In this document: in pieces, positions 36,832-49,474 of the stretch
Position numbering within the stretch: the stretch's first letter is position 1
How the letters are laid out: the number at the start of each line of letters is the position of its first letter
Source of the DNA: Asterias rubens
Taxonomy: Eukaryota
Assembly: GCF_902459465.1 (NCBI RefSeq)
Contig: NC_047081.1
Span: 186,001 to 250,000 of the forward strand
Reading direction: 5' to 3'
DNA length: 64,000 nt
Notes under the pieces: model-generated
Database searches by the model: none
What the model saw: the letters and a program-made list of their open reading frames with translations, nothing else
What the model was told of the DNA's origin: nothing
Program-made: the position numbers and the translations under genes

Positions 36832-39543
36832 TTTGGCTTTCTGAAATGAAGCAAAAAAAAATCAATATTTTTACCATTATAAAACTATTTCCATATAGAA
36901 TTAGATATAATTTATACGAATCTTATAGAAGGTAATTTCTGGTACCAAAAAAACCCGTACCACGCCCAACGTGTTACGTTTACCGTGTTTCATCACCATT
37001 TTCTTTTTGAGAGGATTAAGTCCCCCTAAAGAATTGATTAAATACTAAGAAGAAAAAAAAACTAATAAAGAGGTGAAATTTCCCAACACAATAAATGTTC
37101 CCAGAAACATGGTAACAACGCAACTAGGCCTACATTTCTTTGATAATCATAATTATAATATTCAACATATTCGAAAAACAATATAACTTTGTGAAAGGCA
37201 AATACTTACCGTGGTGGTAAAGGTTGACTGGATGAAAACAAGCGTAGCTGGAGTTTAACTTTCGAAGAAAATAATCGCTGGCAGAAAATAAGACAATCCG
37301 AATCGCAAGGACTGGCAAAATCCAGCAGTAGTTGAAGACCAAAGACTTAACTTTCAAGCAGACTATTCTAACGATTCGTTTCTTGTTCCAGAATTGTGCT
37401 TTTATGATGGAAGTCGTGACCCGATCCATTTCTTAACGAAGGACGAAAAACGTTTGTGTTTCTTTTTTGCAAACAAAGGTTTTTGGGAAATGTTGATGTA
37501 CCCCTTTGGTTATGCTTTGATAAACTGGACTAGGATTCTTTTATCAACAAGGTCAATGGCAAATTCATGCACGATAAACTAAATATAACCCAAGTAGTCT
37601 TCAGTTATGATTACTGACCAAGAAACAATATTATTCAACCAGACGTTTGACACCTCTGTAGGGAATACAATATCTACTGGGTTAAATAACTTATGGGGAG
37701 GTATATTGTATGGTAATTTAAAGAAGTTATAATAATACGCCAACATATAGGGAGCTACCGTAAAAAGGTCACCGGCAAAAATAAAATATCTTGTGTACAG
37801 TTTGTGACAGATTTCTTGCTCTTTTTTGCTTGGCAGAAATTTGCGAAGCAATACTGCCAAGTGTGCTAGGGACGCTTTATAACTTTGTACCATGTGAACA
37901 AGAGAGAAATTAAAATGAATGTACTCTTCCCACAACATTTAAAGCACCGGCATTCGATTAATTAAGACGTAATTACTTCTAAAATTAATAACGAATTGAG
38001 TGTCTGCCAGTGATATTTTGACTGCGTACTTTGGCAATGGCTAGCAACATTTACTTCCAGAGCATTTGTTGCTATGGTTTGTGATTAAGTGTTTGAAAAT
38101 GATTTCTTCCAAGATGAATTATGTACTCATCTGATAAACAAAGACACTAAGCCATCACCGTGAAGCTAGGCACTAGGTCAAAGGCCAAGAGCATTTGGTT
38201 GGTTATTTTCTTCCTCCATGGTTATATGCTAAGCTGTGAGTCATCATAGCAGTATCACTATTATAGAGAATTATATAACTGATAACACACAGCGTTGGTG
38301 TTTTGTTTGGCAGAGTAAACCCAGCACGTCGTCTATAGTATTCAACCAAATGCTACAACCCTATAACCACGAATGATATAGAGCATGTGTCAATCCATAA
38401 CTGTATTTTAAAAGTAGGTTTGATATACTTATTTGTATAAAATGAGTGCCAAGATTTTTTTTTAACTCTGGATGTAAGTTTGTTGAATGTGTAAATCTGT
38501 TCAATGTTTTAGTAAACATTAAAAAATAAGCACGGCTCCGTTTTGAAGAAGCACTTTTGTGCAAAATCCTTGATAAATGGAAAATGCAACCTAAAGAGTT
38601 GATGTCAATATAGTTTCAACATGGAGCACTCGAGCTTAATAATGATACGTTCAGACTATCTGTCATGAAAGGCCCCATCCAGCCCTTCCCGTCACCAAAC
38701 ATAATTGTTTCTTTGATTTTAGCAATCGAAACAGGAATTAGACTGCGATAAATTTACACTCCCTGACAAACATCAACCTGATACAAAATGCAAAGCTTTC
38801 GACTAAGAATGTTCGGGAAGTTGTTTTGACTTTAGAGGTTATAATGTTTTTACCAACAGTTACCTTCCAATCCAGTACTCAGACTTTCATTTGCTTCGAA
38901 AGAAACATTAACAAAATTAACACGAAGGAGGCTTTAAAGACAAACTCAAGAGTTGATATTTGGGGACAGATCCAACCAAAAGCTCAAATCTATGCGTAAT
39001 CTGAAGACTAACACAACTCCCATACACAATTTGCAGCAATCAAAACATGAATTAGCCTATGAATAATGTGAGCAAAATTCCTGGTAAACATCAACCATAT
39101 AGTTTTTGTTTTCACTGAATCGCGAACACCTACTCTGATGATCATATATTAACAAATTGGTGTTGTGGTGCGTGTAAAAAGTTAGATATTATGAAAAAAC
39201 ATCTGTTGCAACAAAAAACAGTAATGAGCAGGTTGTTGAGGCAGACATATATTTGTTATCTGTTTGCTGTAACCATTTCAAGAACCAGACTTGAATTGTG
39301 AAGAAAAGCCTCCCTGCAGTTTATTGCCAATAAATGTATAGCAGTGATTTACGATGGTCGTATTTTTAAAAATATACGTTTATTACGTAACACTGTAACA
39401 CATATTGCGAACTTTGTACGTGTATTCAAGAAGGAACTCAGAGTGAAAATACACACACGACAGAGGTCACCGTGTCACTAATAACTGTGTCACCAACAGA
39501 GGGAGGTTAAAGTCATAATGCCATCTCTTATCTTCACCGGTAG

Positions 39544-39707
39544 CCAATCAGAACACGGGGCGTGGTGACATGCTGGGTTCTGATTGGTCGGAAGCTTGAG
39601 GGTGTTGCTTATAAGAAGGAGTAGATTGGGAATTCAGGAGCAGCTCTCTCCAGCTAAACATCTTGAAAGTATCACGTCAACTGACTACTCTTTCTTCCCT
39701 ACGAAAG
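39544..39707 (+). promoter_or_regulatory. Probable FABP core promoter and non-coding exon 1
   Basis: CCAAT at 39544, GGGGCGTGG at 39557, inverted CCAAT at 39583, TATAAGAA at 39610. Strong donor AAG|GTAAG at 39707/8 pairs with the acceptor at 41606-41607 upstream of the ATG. Confidence 0.6.
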
Positions 39708-40864
39708 GTAAGATACCGAACTCTTGATTTGTTGTTTCTTTCTCTGTACACTTTCTAAAGATACAGCCTTTCACATGAGTCATCTTCATCAATTCCTTAT
39801 ACCCTCAGGTTTTCGGCACCAATGCCTCTCTGCCCTCTAGTTAGGCAAACTCTCAGCTCATGTCCACTCTTTGATGGTGTATTTCCCTCGAGCTTCCGTC
39901 CTCCTTTCACTGTGCCTTGTGCAATATTATTTGCTATTTTCCAAGCAAGGTTCTGTTTCTTCTTGTTCTTATTGCATGTTGGATAACCCATGGAGGTAGA
40001 GATAGTAACCCAAACCGTCGAGCTGCAGTTTACCAGTGGTTTGGTTTACCAGTTGGCATGTTTTGTCGTCTTGTTACGTCGTATTGTTTCAAAGTTGAAT
40101 TAAACCATGGAGGTAGAGCAAATGTACATTTGGAGAAGTTCTCATCTGGCAAGATGTGTTGTTTGATAAGCCTACTTGTTAACACTTCCAGTTTAAAGTA
40201 TTTACTGCAGTAAAGTATGGGTGCAATGATATTTGCTACAAGGAAAACTGTTTGAAATAATGCGAGACTTGCGCGATTTATTTCTAAAGAAATTGGATTA
40301 TAAGAGTGAAGACTCTACATCAAGTTTCATTCTCCTGAAATTTATTTTTTGCAAAAAGACATTTTCTTGATGAACCCTTTTCCGTGAAATGTAACACTTC
40401 ATTCGGTTTGTTAAGAGTTTTTAGAAGTTACCAGTTGTTTTATAACTCCAAAACAAAAGCAAAGACGTCGACAAGCCCAAGGGCCAATGGGTAAACAAAC
40501 ACTCCCTGCTCCACTTAGCCCAAAGATACATTTAATCTTGTGCCCGATCTTCGCATTAAAATCACCATAATGACATTATGTTTGTTCTGTCAACTGGCAA
40601 CTTTATAGGGATTACATCCACAAATCCCCTATAGACGGGAAGGCAAACTAATATATCAAAGGTGCGCTGTTTACTTTCAGTCATTATGTCAACATTAAGA
40701 TATGGATAATCTTATAGAATGTGACAATTCATTAGAACATACATGTACATTGCTTGCTTTTGTCTTTTTACCATGGCAACACAAGTTATAGTTTATCATG
40801 AGGCAGTGTTTGTCGACTGGGTGAATCCCTTAATTAATGAATCATGTAATTACTACACTGTATA

Positions 40865-41144
40865 TTAGTTTCCCCTTCTTGCTATTCTAGTTCTGAGTTG
40901 TCGTTTAGTTTCCCCTTCTTGCTATTCTAGTTCTGAGTTGTCGTTTAGTTTCCCCTTCTTGCTATTCTAGTTCTGAGTTGTCGTTTAGTTTCCCCTTCTT
41001 GCTATTCTAGTTCTGAGTTGTCGTTTAGTTTCCCCTTCTTGCTATTCTAGTTCTGAGTTGTCGTTTAGTTTCCCCTTCTTGCTATTCTAGTTCTGAGTTG
41101 TCGTTTAGTTTCCCCTTCTTGCTATTCTAGTTCTGAGTTGTCGT
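40865..41144. repeat. 40-bp minisatellite, 7 identical copies
   Basis: (TTAGTTTCCCCTTCTTGCTATTCTAGTTCTGAGTTGTCGT)7. Confidence 0.97.
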
Positions 41145-41321
41145 TTTTTGTGGATGCTTGGATTCTTCTCTTTCTATATCTAGGTTTCCATCTTGCAATT
41201 ATCGTAAACATCAATCAAAAAGATGATATTCTAACTTATATTCTCTCGTCTTCTGTAAATTGCTTCAAGTGAAATATGAAATGGCTTTCATTCCATTGGA
41301 CTTAAGTCAAATTCGCATCCC

Positions 41322-41590
41322 AAACACAATTTACGGTGATAGTGGTTTTACTGTACTCAAAACAAAACACAATTTACTGTGTGATAGTGGTTTTACTGTA
41401 CTCAAAACAAAACACAATTTACTGTGTGATAGTGGTTTTACTGTACTCAAAACAAAACACAATTTACTGTGTGATAGTGGTTTTACTGTACTCAAAACAA
41501 AACACAATTTACTGTGTGAAACTGGTTTTACTTAACTCAAAACAAAACACAATTTACTGTGTGATAGTGGTTTTACTTAACTCAAAACAA
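41322..41590. repeat. 45-bp minisatellite, ~6 copies, abutting the FABP acceptor
   Basis: GTGATAGTGG recurs every 45 bp from 41336 to 41561 (one variant copy). Confidence 0.95.
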
Positions 41591-41630
41591 TCCTTCCTCT
41601 CTTACAGTTACCTAACTCATCTCAACCAAC

Positions 41631-42654
41631 ATGCCCTGTGACTTGAGCGGAAAGTGGGTGTATGCCAGCGGAGATGGTATGGATGCTCTATTGGACCTTC
41701 TTAAGGTACCGGCTGAGAAGCGTCCCACTGACCCCTCCTCTACCGTAGAGATCACCCAGAGTGGAGATGACTTCACTGTCAAGACAACCGCTGCTGATGG
41801 CAACTGCCGTGAGGCCAAGTTCACAATCGGTGAGTGTAACAATTTATCGTGATTTCCAGATTTATTCTTGTCTTGGGAAAACAAGGAATTGCATAAAGAA
41901 ACTTAATTTAAGTTCATTTAAGTTTACTTCCACCCCCTCGGGCCTCCTTGTTAAACTTCTATTTAGGAGTACCAATACACTACAGTACAATCTTTAAAGG
42001 GCCTTGGCAATCTTTTACGGTCTTTATGAGTTTTGTTATTCTAAAAACAATTTGCAGTGTAACAATTTATTGTTTCAATCAGTTGGCCATGACGTCTCAA
42101 AGACTAAGTATCACCTCAATGCACACAGAGAGATGATTTCCGTAGCAAATCCTACTAAGATGGCATTCCATCAAGCAAAGTTTAAAATCCTACTTTAAAA
42201 TGTTATAATAGTTCTTATGAGAGATCACCTAATATCACAAGGCCACAGGTGAGGGCTGCTTAATTGTCACCAGGGGCACGTTGCTACCTACTCCTTGGGC
42301 TGAAACAGGGTTACCCACTTCCTTCAGATGTTGGCATGGCTATCATCCACAAGAACCTTCCCTGGTAGAGCAGATTGCACTACCTTCACAACAATTAGTA
42401 TTAATGTTACTATTATTCCAATTAATATCTATGATTGCATTTTCTTTTCTTCAGGTGTTGAGTTTTCCGACCCAGACATCAAGGCCCTCCGAGGGGTTGA
42501 GGTTAAAGCCACACCTTCCTGGGAGGGAGATAAGCTCGTCCTCAAAGGGTCTGGTGGAAACGGGACAGCGACCCGTGAGATCGTTGGAGGTCAACTAGTC
42601 ATGAGCTTTGACATTATGGGAACCAAGGCAACAAGATTCTTCAACAAGGCATAA
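41631..42654 (+). CDS. Intracellular lipid-binding protein (FABP/CRABP family), 132 aa, 2 coding exons
   Basis: Exons 41631-41829 and 42455-42654 (399 nt). Motifs LSGKW, VEITQSGDDFTVKT, FTIG|VEF, WEGDKLV, TREIVGGQLV, ATRFFNK. Confidence 0.92.
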
Positions 42655-43367
42655 ACATCATCAACAACTTCAGTCGAACATTTATGATCAGTACAAAATG
42701 AAAATGGTTTTATTCTATTATAAAATCATGTAAAAAATTACACAAGCCCTTTCACTCTATTACTTGTATATCTCATGAAGCTGTATAGCAATTTTGAAAC
42801 GTTGAAATAAATCACACATTTTTGTACATGTATCAATGAATCATGTGTTTTAGTCAAATAATTATTGACTCAGTCGGACGTCTCCCTTTTAACTACTGAC
42901 TAATTATATTTCACATCAAAACTTAGCATTGTCACAACTAGAATTTTGAAAAAAATGAGGGGGGGGGTGCAAACAGGGGCAAGGGCATAGATTTGGGGGC
43001 TTTTCTCCATTGCACTTGGGGGAGGGGGTCTGAAAGGGGGTGCTCTCACCCCCATCCCCAATCCCCACCCCCATCCCCAATGTTGGTTAAGCCACTGCAA
43101 CTTGTTTTAAATACTTGAGTCCTACAACAGTCTTTGTTTAACAGAATGTATTCAATGAGTGACAACTATGGTCATCATAACCACTAATGTTGTAGTCAAG
43201 TTCACGACCTCCAAGGCCAAAGCCAAGTCCAAGTTCTGGGTCTCTGAGGTCAAGACCAATGCCAAGATCAACGCCGACACCACAGCAGTCGATCCAAAGT
43301 CGGCCTTTATACTTGTAACACTTGTTGAGGCAAGCCAAATAACCAAAGCAAGGGCCTGAATGATGTC

Positions 43368-46300
43368 CTAAATAGCAATTTCACCCTGAAGAACAACCGT
43401 AGCTCGTCCAAGTAGATCAACGCGCCCTTCATCCCGTATCCTCATCTCAATATCACCGCCCCTCTTTGAACACTGACGAGCTGTTAAAACACAATCATTG
43501 TACAATCATGACTTGGGTTGTCAGTAGAGGGCGCTCTTGAACAAAAATTTCACCAATTAAGTTGCAGAGTATCAACTTCACACACAAAACATCAGGTAGC
43601 AGTAGTAGACAAATCTGTTCCTATCAACATGGCGAGATCAATTTGATCTCATTGATTGTTTGATACAGAAATGTATCCTTATCAATGACAGTGAGTTCTC
43701 AGTCCTAATCAACTACGGTGAATCTCAAATCTCAATCCTACTCAACCATAAGTTTTTTGTCCTACTCGGCTAAAAATATCAAATCTCAATCCTAATTATC
43801 TGTACTGAGATTCCAAACTAACTCAGATTATGGTGAAAAGCAAATCCTACTCGATGAGTTGATCAGCGGCATCCTAACTTGGTGAGACCCTAATCCTACT
43901 GGGTGTTGGTGAGACCCTAATCCTACTGAGTGTTGGTGAGACCCTAATCCTACTGAGTGTTGGTGAGACCCTAATCCTACTGAGTGTTGGTGAGACCCTA
44001 ATCCTACTGAGTGTTGGTGAGACCCTAATCCTACTGAGTGTTGGTGAGACCCTAATCCTACTGGGTGTTGGTGAGACCCTAATCCTACTGAGTGTTGGTG
44101 AGACCCTAATCCTACTGGGTGTTGGTGAGACCCTAATCCTACTGAGTGTTGGTGAGACCCTAATCCTACTGAGTGTTGGTGAGACCCTAATCCTACCGAG
44201 TGTTGGTGAGACCCTAATCCTACTGAGTGTTGGTGAGACCCTAATCCTACTGAGTGTTGGTGAGACCCTAATCCTACTGGGTGTTGGTGAGACCCTAATC
44301 CTACTGGGTGTTGGTGAGACCCTAATCCTACTGGGTGTTGGTGAGACCCTAATCCTACTGAGTGTTGGTGAGACCCTAATCCTACTGGGTGTTGGTGAGA
44401 CCCTAATCCTACTGAGTGTTGGTGAGACCCTAGACCCTAGTCCCATTTTGTGATAGTGAGATCTTACCCTACACGGCAATCAGTCAGAATTCTACCAAAC
44501 TTAAAGTGAGATCCAAACCCTACGAAACTCAGTGGTGAGTTTTGATCCTACTCAGTATTGTATACAACTAAATGTATCTCAATCATACTCGATGATAATG
44601 AGAACTCAATTCTACTCAGCAATAACAAAATCTGAATCATTTTCAGAGAACAATGTAATCTACGTTTACATTTCACGATGAAAACATTTCTTCATCTCAC
44701 TCATTTGAGATCAACAGTAGCTTACATTTCAATTGTACGCCACTACTACTACCATTTTAAACATTTAGAAAGTATCAAATAAGATCAACATTTGAAATCT
44801 TACCATAAAGTTCTTTCTTGCTCAGTGTCTCTGCCCAGTAACCAGCTAAAACAGTGTGTGCAGAACCTGAACAAAAGATACAGTCAACATCTTTTTAATA
44901 ACGGAATAAAAGAGTAGGTGACGAGGTCTTAAGTCGGCATTTAAAACTGGCAGGGATGTCCGTATGAGAAATGATCGAGCCTTACATATGGTGAGGGTGA
45001 GAGAAGCAAATTATGGTCAAGTTCTTTGTTCAAGGGGATACCATAATGATGACCTCTGTGCACAAGACGGTTCTGTCACAACATTATATTTATACAACAA
45101 GGTTATCTAAACTTTTCCAGTGTCTGGATCAACTAACCTGTAACAGGGTCTTCTGGGATACCATTCCACGGAGAAAAATACCTGGAGATGAAATCATACT
45201 GTCTGTCTGCTGCGCCCACGCCTCCGTTGTCACGGTTACCCTTCAGTGTCACTATAACACCCCGTACGTGAGAAGCATTAGGGGCAGCCATCATGGCTGT
45301 ACAGTCTGGTTTCAGACTCTCCAAAGTGTCTCTGTAGAATAGGATAGAATAGTACATAACTTTGTTTAGACTGGTTGCTCTCTTTTGAAATGAAGGCATT
45401 TTATACCCATCTAGCCTCCCTAAGCAGAATTTGATTTCTATGACTGCTAAGCGACCCCCTTCCAAACCCACAGGCACATTGACATTCCCCTTGTAGCATG
45501 AAAAAACTTCAGTTTATAAGATCATATAGCATACTAATTGCCAACATTTAACGGCAAAAGTAACAATTCTCATTTTAAACACTTACGAATTCTAGTACCT
45601 TGTCTCAGAGTCCGAAAGTCTAAGCAGCAGTTTTTTAGTTGTTTCAGAATAAAAAACTTCTTGGGGTTTATAGTCACCAATGGTTACCTGTAAACAAATT
45701 GAGAAAAGTTGTCATTTTCAAATGTTCAACCACCAGTCCAATTATTAGTAGCACAAATATCCAATAGTATACTTTTGTACGATTCTATTGAACTTGGGGT
45801 TATACTAAACTGATATGTGGATCAGGGGGGGGGGACAATTTAGATTGACCCTAAACTAATTGCTAAGAGAAGTGTGATGTCATAAAATGAAGGTGATACT
45901 GACAACTTGTCCTAAGTGCTTTGTGAATTTTGAGCCAAGGCATCAAAATGGAAGATGAGCTTTTTGTTTATTGAGCAACATTTTAAGTAACTTACTCAAG
46001 GAGTTAGGGTTAAACAAAAGTATAAAAGAAAAATTGGATCAAACAAAATTTCATGATTGATAATTTATTTGAAGGAAACTTACCTGAATTAATTCTGATA
46101 GAGGTGCCTCATCCTAAACAAACCGAGAGAAAATAAAATATATAAATGTTTTTTAGCTCAAACTTTACTATAGGGTCCAACTTTTGCAGGGATTCCATCC
46201 GGTGCAGTTGTGTTTAGTCAGCCGTAGGGCAACAAGGGGCAGAAAAGGATGTTAGTCAAAATTGTTGTGGTTACGCTCTTTACTTGCAAATTTATGGAAA

Positions 46301-47272
46301 AGTATCTGAGAAAGTCTGAATAAATACCTCTTTTGATGGTTTATTTAGAGGGAAATCCAAGCCGATGGACTTCCCTTCTCGACTCGCTATCAGCTCCCCA
46401 CTCTTGGATTGAAACCTGATGGAATCGCACCTGTTACCAACAACGTAAAACAAGGCTGCTGCAGATGCTAGGGTCGCATGGCCACAAAGATTGACCTCAT
46501 TGGTGGGAGTGAACCAACGAATCTTCACCCGACTTACTGTATGAAAGAAAAAGGATGTTAATAGGCAACAGTATCCCATTACGTCAAATAAATGCACATC
46601 TAGTAACACGCCCCAGTACGCAGAGCATTTACACACATGTTTTGGGTTTTTTGTTTATGCAAGTCGCCAGACACACAAAGCCTGAAGGCCACTTCAAGGT
46701 GTGGGCTACAATTCAAGTATTTTTCCGGGGGTAGTTGCCACCTACTCCTGTGGCTGAAAAAGGGTTAACCCCTTTACAGTCCATACGGATGTAGGCTAGG
46801 GTATCATCAATTAGAAGCCTGGCTGGTAGAGCAGAAAGCACTACCTCCCCAACTTTACGAAAGTTACATAAATGATCGACTCTTGTATTTACCATTCTGA
46901 AATGATTCTTCCGGTTCGACCGACTGTAAATAAGCCGTCTCTGATAGATTCATCTCAGCTGCAATTTTCATCTTAGTCTCATCTGGAATATCCTAAGTAG
47001 ACAAAAATCAATAAAAAATGTAAAGACAAAAATAAAATTGCTCCAGTAGTCACAGACAAGTTTATGTGTTCTAGATTAATCGATGTACATCATGAGACAT
47101 GACTCCACATGACGAGTCAGGTCAGAGTGAATTAACAAAAGCTCATGATTTAGCCTTATACTTACAGGCCAACTTGCTTAGGACTACCTAGTACTCCAAA
47201 TTTCCTACATTTTCCCAACAGCAGCAAGTCTCACTCATGCCCCCCCCCCCCAAAAAAAAAAAAAAAAATTAA

Positions 47273-47315
<43 letters not shown>

Positions 47316-47741
47316 ATCATTATTCATTGTCAATTCACTTTCTCTTTCAGTCTTTGCTTTTTGGGAAGTACACCATTTTGATTTCATTCCTCTGTTGTGT
47401 TTACTACCTAAAACTTGTTAATATAATTAAAGTTAAGCTCACAATTTATAAGTCGTGACTTGCTCTATGTATGTAGGATGATAAAGTTTATGCTCGGTGC
47501 TTTGAAAGTTTGATTTAGTCTTGGACTATATCACTATTTTTTCTAAACGCCAACGTTTAGATTCTTTAGTAAAAAGAAAAAACATGACCTCAAACAAACA
47601 CTGCTCCCTTACCTCATTTAGCAGGCAGATAGCAGCTGGGTTTCCAGCAAAAGGTATATCGGTGAATGCATCCACTGTCACCATTGGTAACCGTCCTTCT
47701 TGTCCAGAAACAGCAAAATTTCCAAACTTTTCGGCTGCCAT
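43368..47741 (-). CDS. PBLD: Phenazine biosynthesis-like (PhzF/DAP-epimerase fold) protein, 8 exons, 308 aa
   Basis: Exons 47741-47613, 46992-46893, 46536-46328, 46113-46084, 45687-45599, 45331-45138, 44866-44804, 43480-43368 (927 nt). Motifs VDAFT..FAGNPAA, EMNLSETA, RWFTPTNEVNLCGHAT, EDPVTGSAH, RGG. Confidence 0.94.
43879..44432. repeat. 27-bp minisatellite, ~20.5 copies, PBLD intron 7
   Basis: (TTGGTGAGACCCTAATCCTACTG[A/G]GTG)n; explains the SRIRVSPTL ORF. Confidence 0.97.
47268..47317. repeat. (TAAA)n microsatellite preceded by poly-C/poly-A
   Basis: Read directly from the sequence. Confidence 0.95.
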
Positions 47742-49474
47742 TTTTTCAGACTCAACTTTTTACTTCTAAGCGCCGGGCAAATTTTTGAAGAGCGCGCCCT
47801 CGTCGTCGATCAAGCAGGGCAAATTTTTGAAGAGCGCCCTCAAACTTGAGGGCGGTCTTCACTTTTATTTACTTTTTTTCTGGAGGGGGCGGGTCATACG
47901 TTCATAACTGTTGTTAAAGGGCAGGGTGGTGAGTGGTGTAAACAAATTTCTAAGTTCTATAAAAAATCTTCTCTGAAAATAACAACTTGAACTTTTGTAA
48001 AGCTAATTATCTCTCTCATCCCCTTACCTTAAACATTATTATTATTATTGCTGGAGGGGTTATTGTTGTTGTTTGGGGGAGGGGGGAATATCAATGCTTC
48101 TTTTCTTGTACAAGGTACACATTTTTGATGGTCAATATTTCAATATTTTATTCACAACATGGTATATTACCACAATGAACATTGTAGTTCCTTCAACATA
48201 CACTTAAAACCTCATCATTTTGGTCAAATTTGACAGAAATATTATTACATCAAATTGAAAAAGCTGTTTAATTAATTGTAACTTCATAAGTAGGGCAACA
48301 CAACTGTAATTTTTAAGGATAACAATTAAAATATCCAAGAGTGTATTTTACATAAATAAACCATCGGTAAAATGTATGAATTATTGTGAAATATAAGCAA
48401 GTAAGGTTTGCGGTACTCTGTACAAGTGTAAGCTACCAATATAATCCAAACATATCCTCTATATCAGATCTGGACTTTCATCTTTGAGAGGGCAAGGCCA
48501 TTTCCATTTTGAAAAAGTAAGCAAATCCGAAGAAGAAAAACAATTCCATTCACTGTTTCACCAAAAAGGTACAATTTCAGGAAACTGGTTAAATTGTATG
48601 TTTTTTACATTTTGTAAGTGTTATTTATATGTTTTGTATAGACAATCCTATCCACTAAAAAAAATAACTAACCATGACTTTTGGAGATAAATACAAAAGC
48701 ATAAAGAGACATTGAAAGAAACAACACAAGAAAGTCTTATTTATGAATTAGTTCAATTTATAACTGTCATGACTTTCTAACTGATGATTTTGAGAATATG
48801 ACTGGTTTTTAAAAGTCATATGAGAATGATAAATTAAGATTGAAGTGACAAACAAATACAATTTTCAGTTTAGGTTTCTATTGCAAAATAACTAGTTTAT
48901 TGTAAGTTCCCTTCTACAATTAGTTACCAAGGGCATATCTTGGTGACTCTGACTAGAAACTAGTTAATTTTCACAAGTTCAATGACCAAAATAAAAAACA
49001 GAAAGAGTTTGTGACTTCTCTCTCCGCTTTGTTTTCTAAAATGTACAGCCTTCATTTTCTGATTTCAAAGTACTTTTAATACTGCAAAAAATGGTTAATG
49101 GCCTGATGTTTTAGCCCTAGCAGAGTCTTTCGTGAAGGCTCAATTCTATTAACAATATACTTCAACGTTTTGTTCTTTTTGACTTAATTGTTTTTTTTAC
49201 AACTAAATTCGATGTCATTATTTCCAGAAGCCCCTTGACTCAGTGAGTCAAATCCTAAACTATTATAGTTGGCTTTTTTTTACAGGGTCGTAACACTATT
49301 GCTTAAGGATTTACAATTTACCACCAGATAGCGCCCTCATGTGATTAAGCATAACATCTATTCCAACTGCTGAAGATGGAGTTTCTAGCTTAGCAGCCAC
49401 AGAGAATGCTTTGAGTTAGCTGATGAGCAGTAAAATTCAAGTAAGATAATAAAGAACATTGTAACCAGAATAGA

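Noticed and set aside
41260-41641. CDSGFTVLKTKHNLL / IVVLLYSKQ repeat ORFs
   Set aside because: Read-through of the 45-bp repeat in FABP intron 1.
40865-44432. Regular repeats as possible CRISPR arrays
   Set aside because: Head-to-tail units without unique spacers, eukaryotic intron context, and no cas genes.
43874-44479. 201-aa SRIRVSPTL repeat ORF
   Set aside because: Translation of the 27-bp intronic minisatellite; no unique domain or splice support.
43368-47741. PhzF-like gene as horizontal transfer or phenazine biosynthesis
   Set aside because: Eight-exon structure and close match to the ubiquitous animal PBLD; no other phz genes present.
43522-49338. CTCF-like motifs (TCAGTAGAGGGCGCT ~43522; CCACCAGATAGCGC 49321) and an RFX-like palindrome (8063-8076)
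   Set aside because: Short motif matches are common by chance; cannot be supported without ChIP or conservation data.
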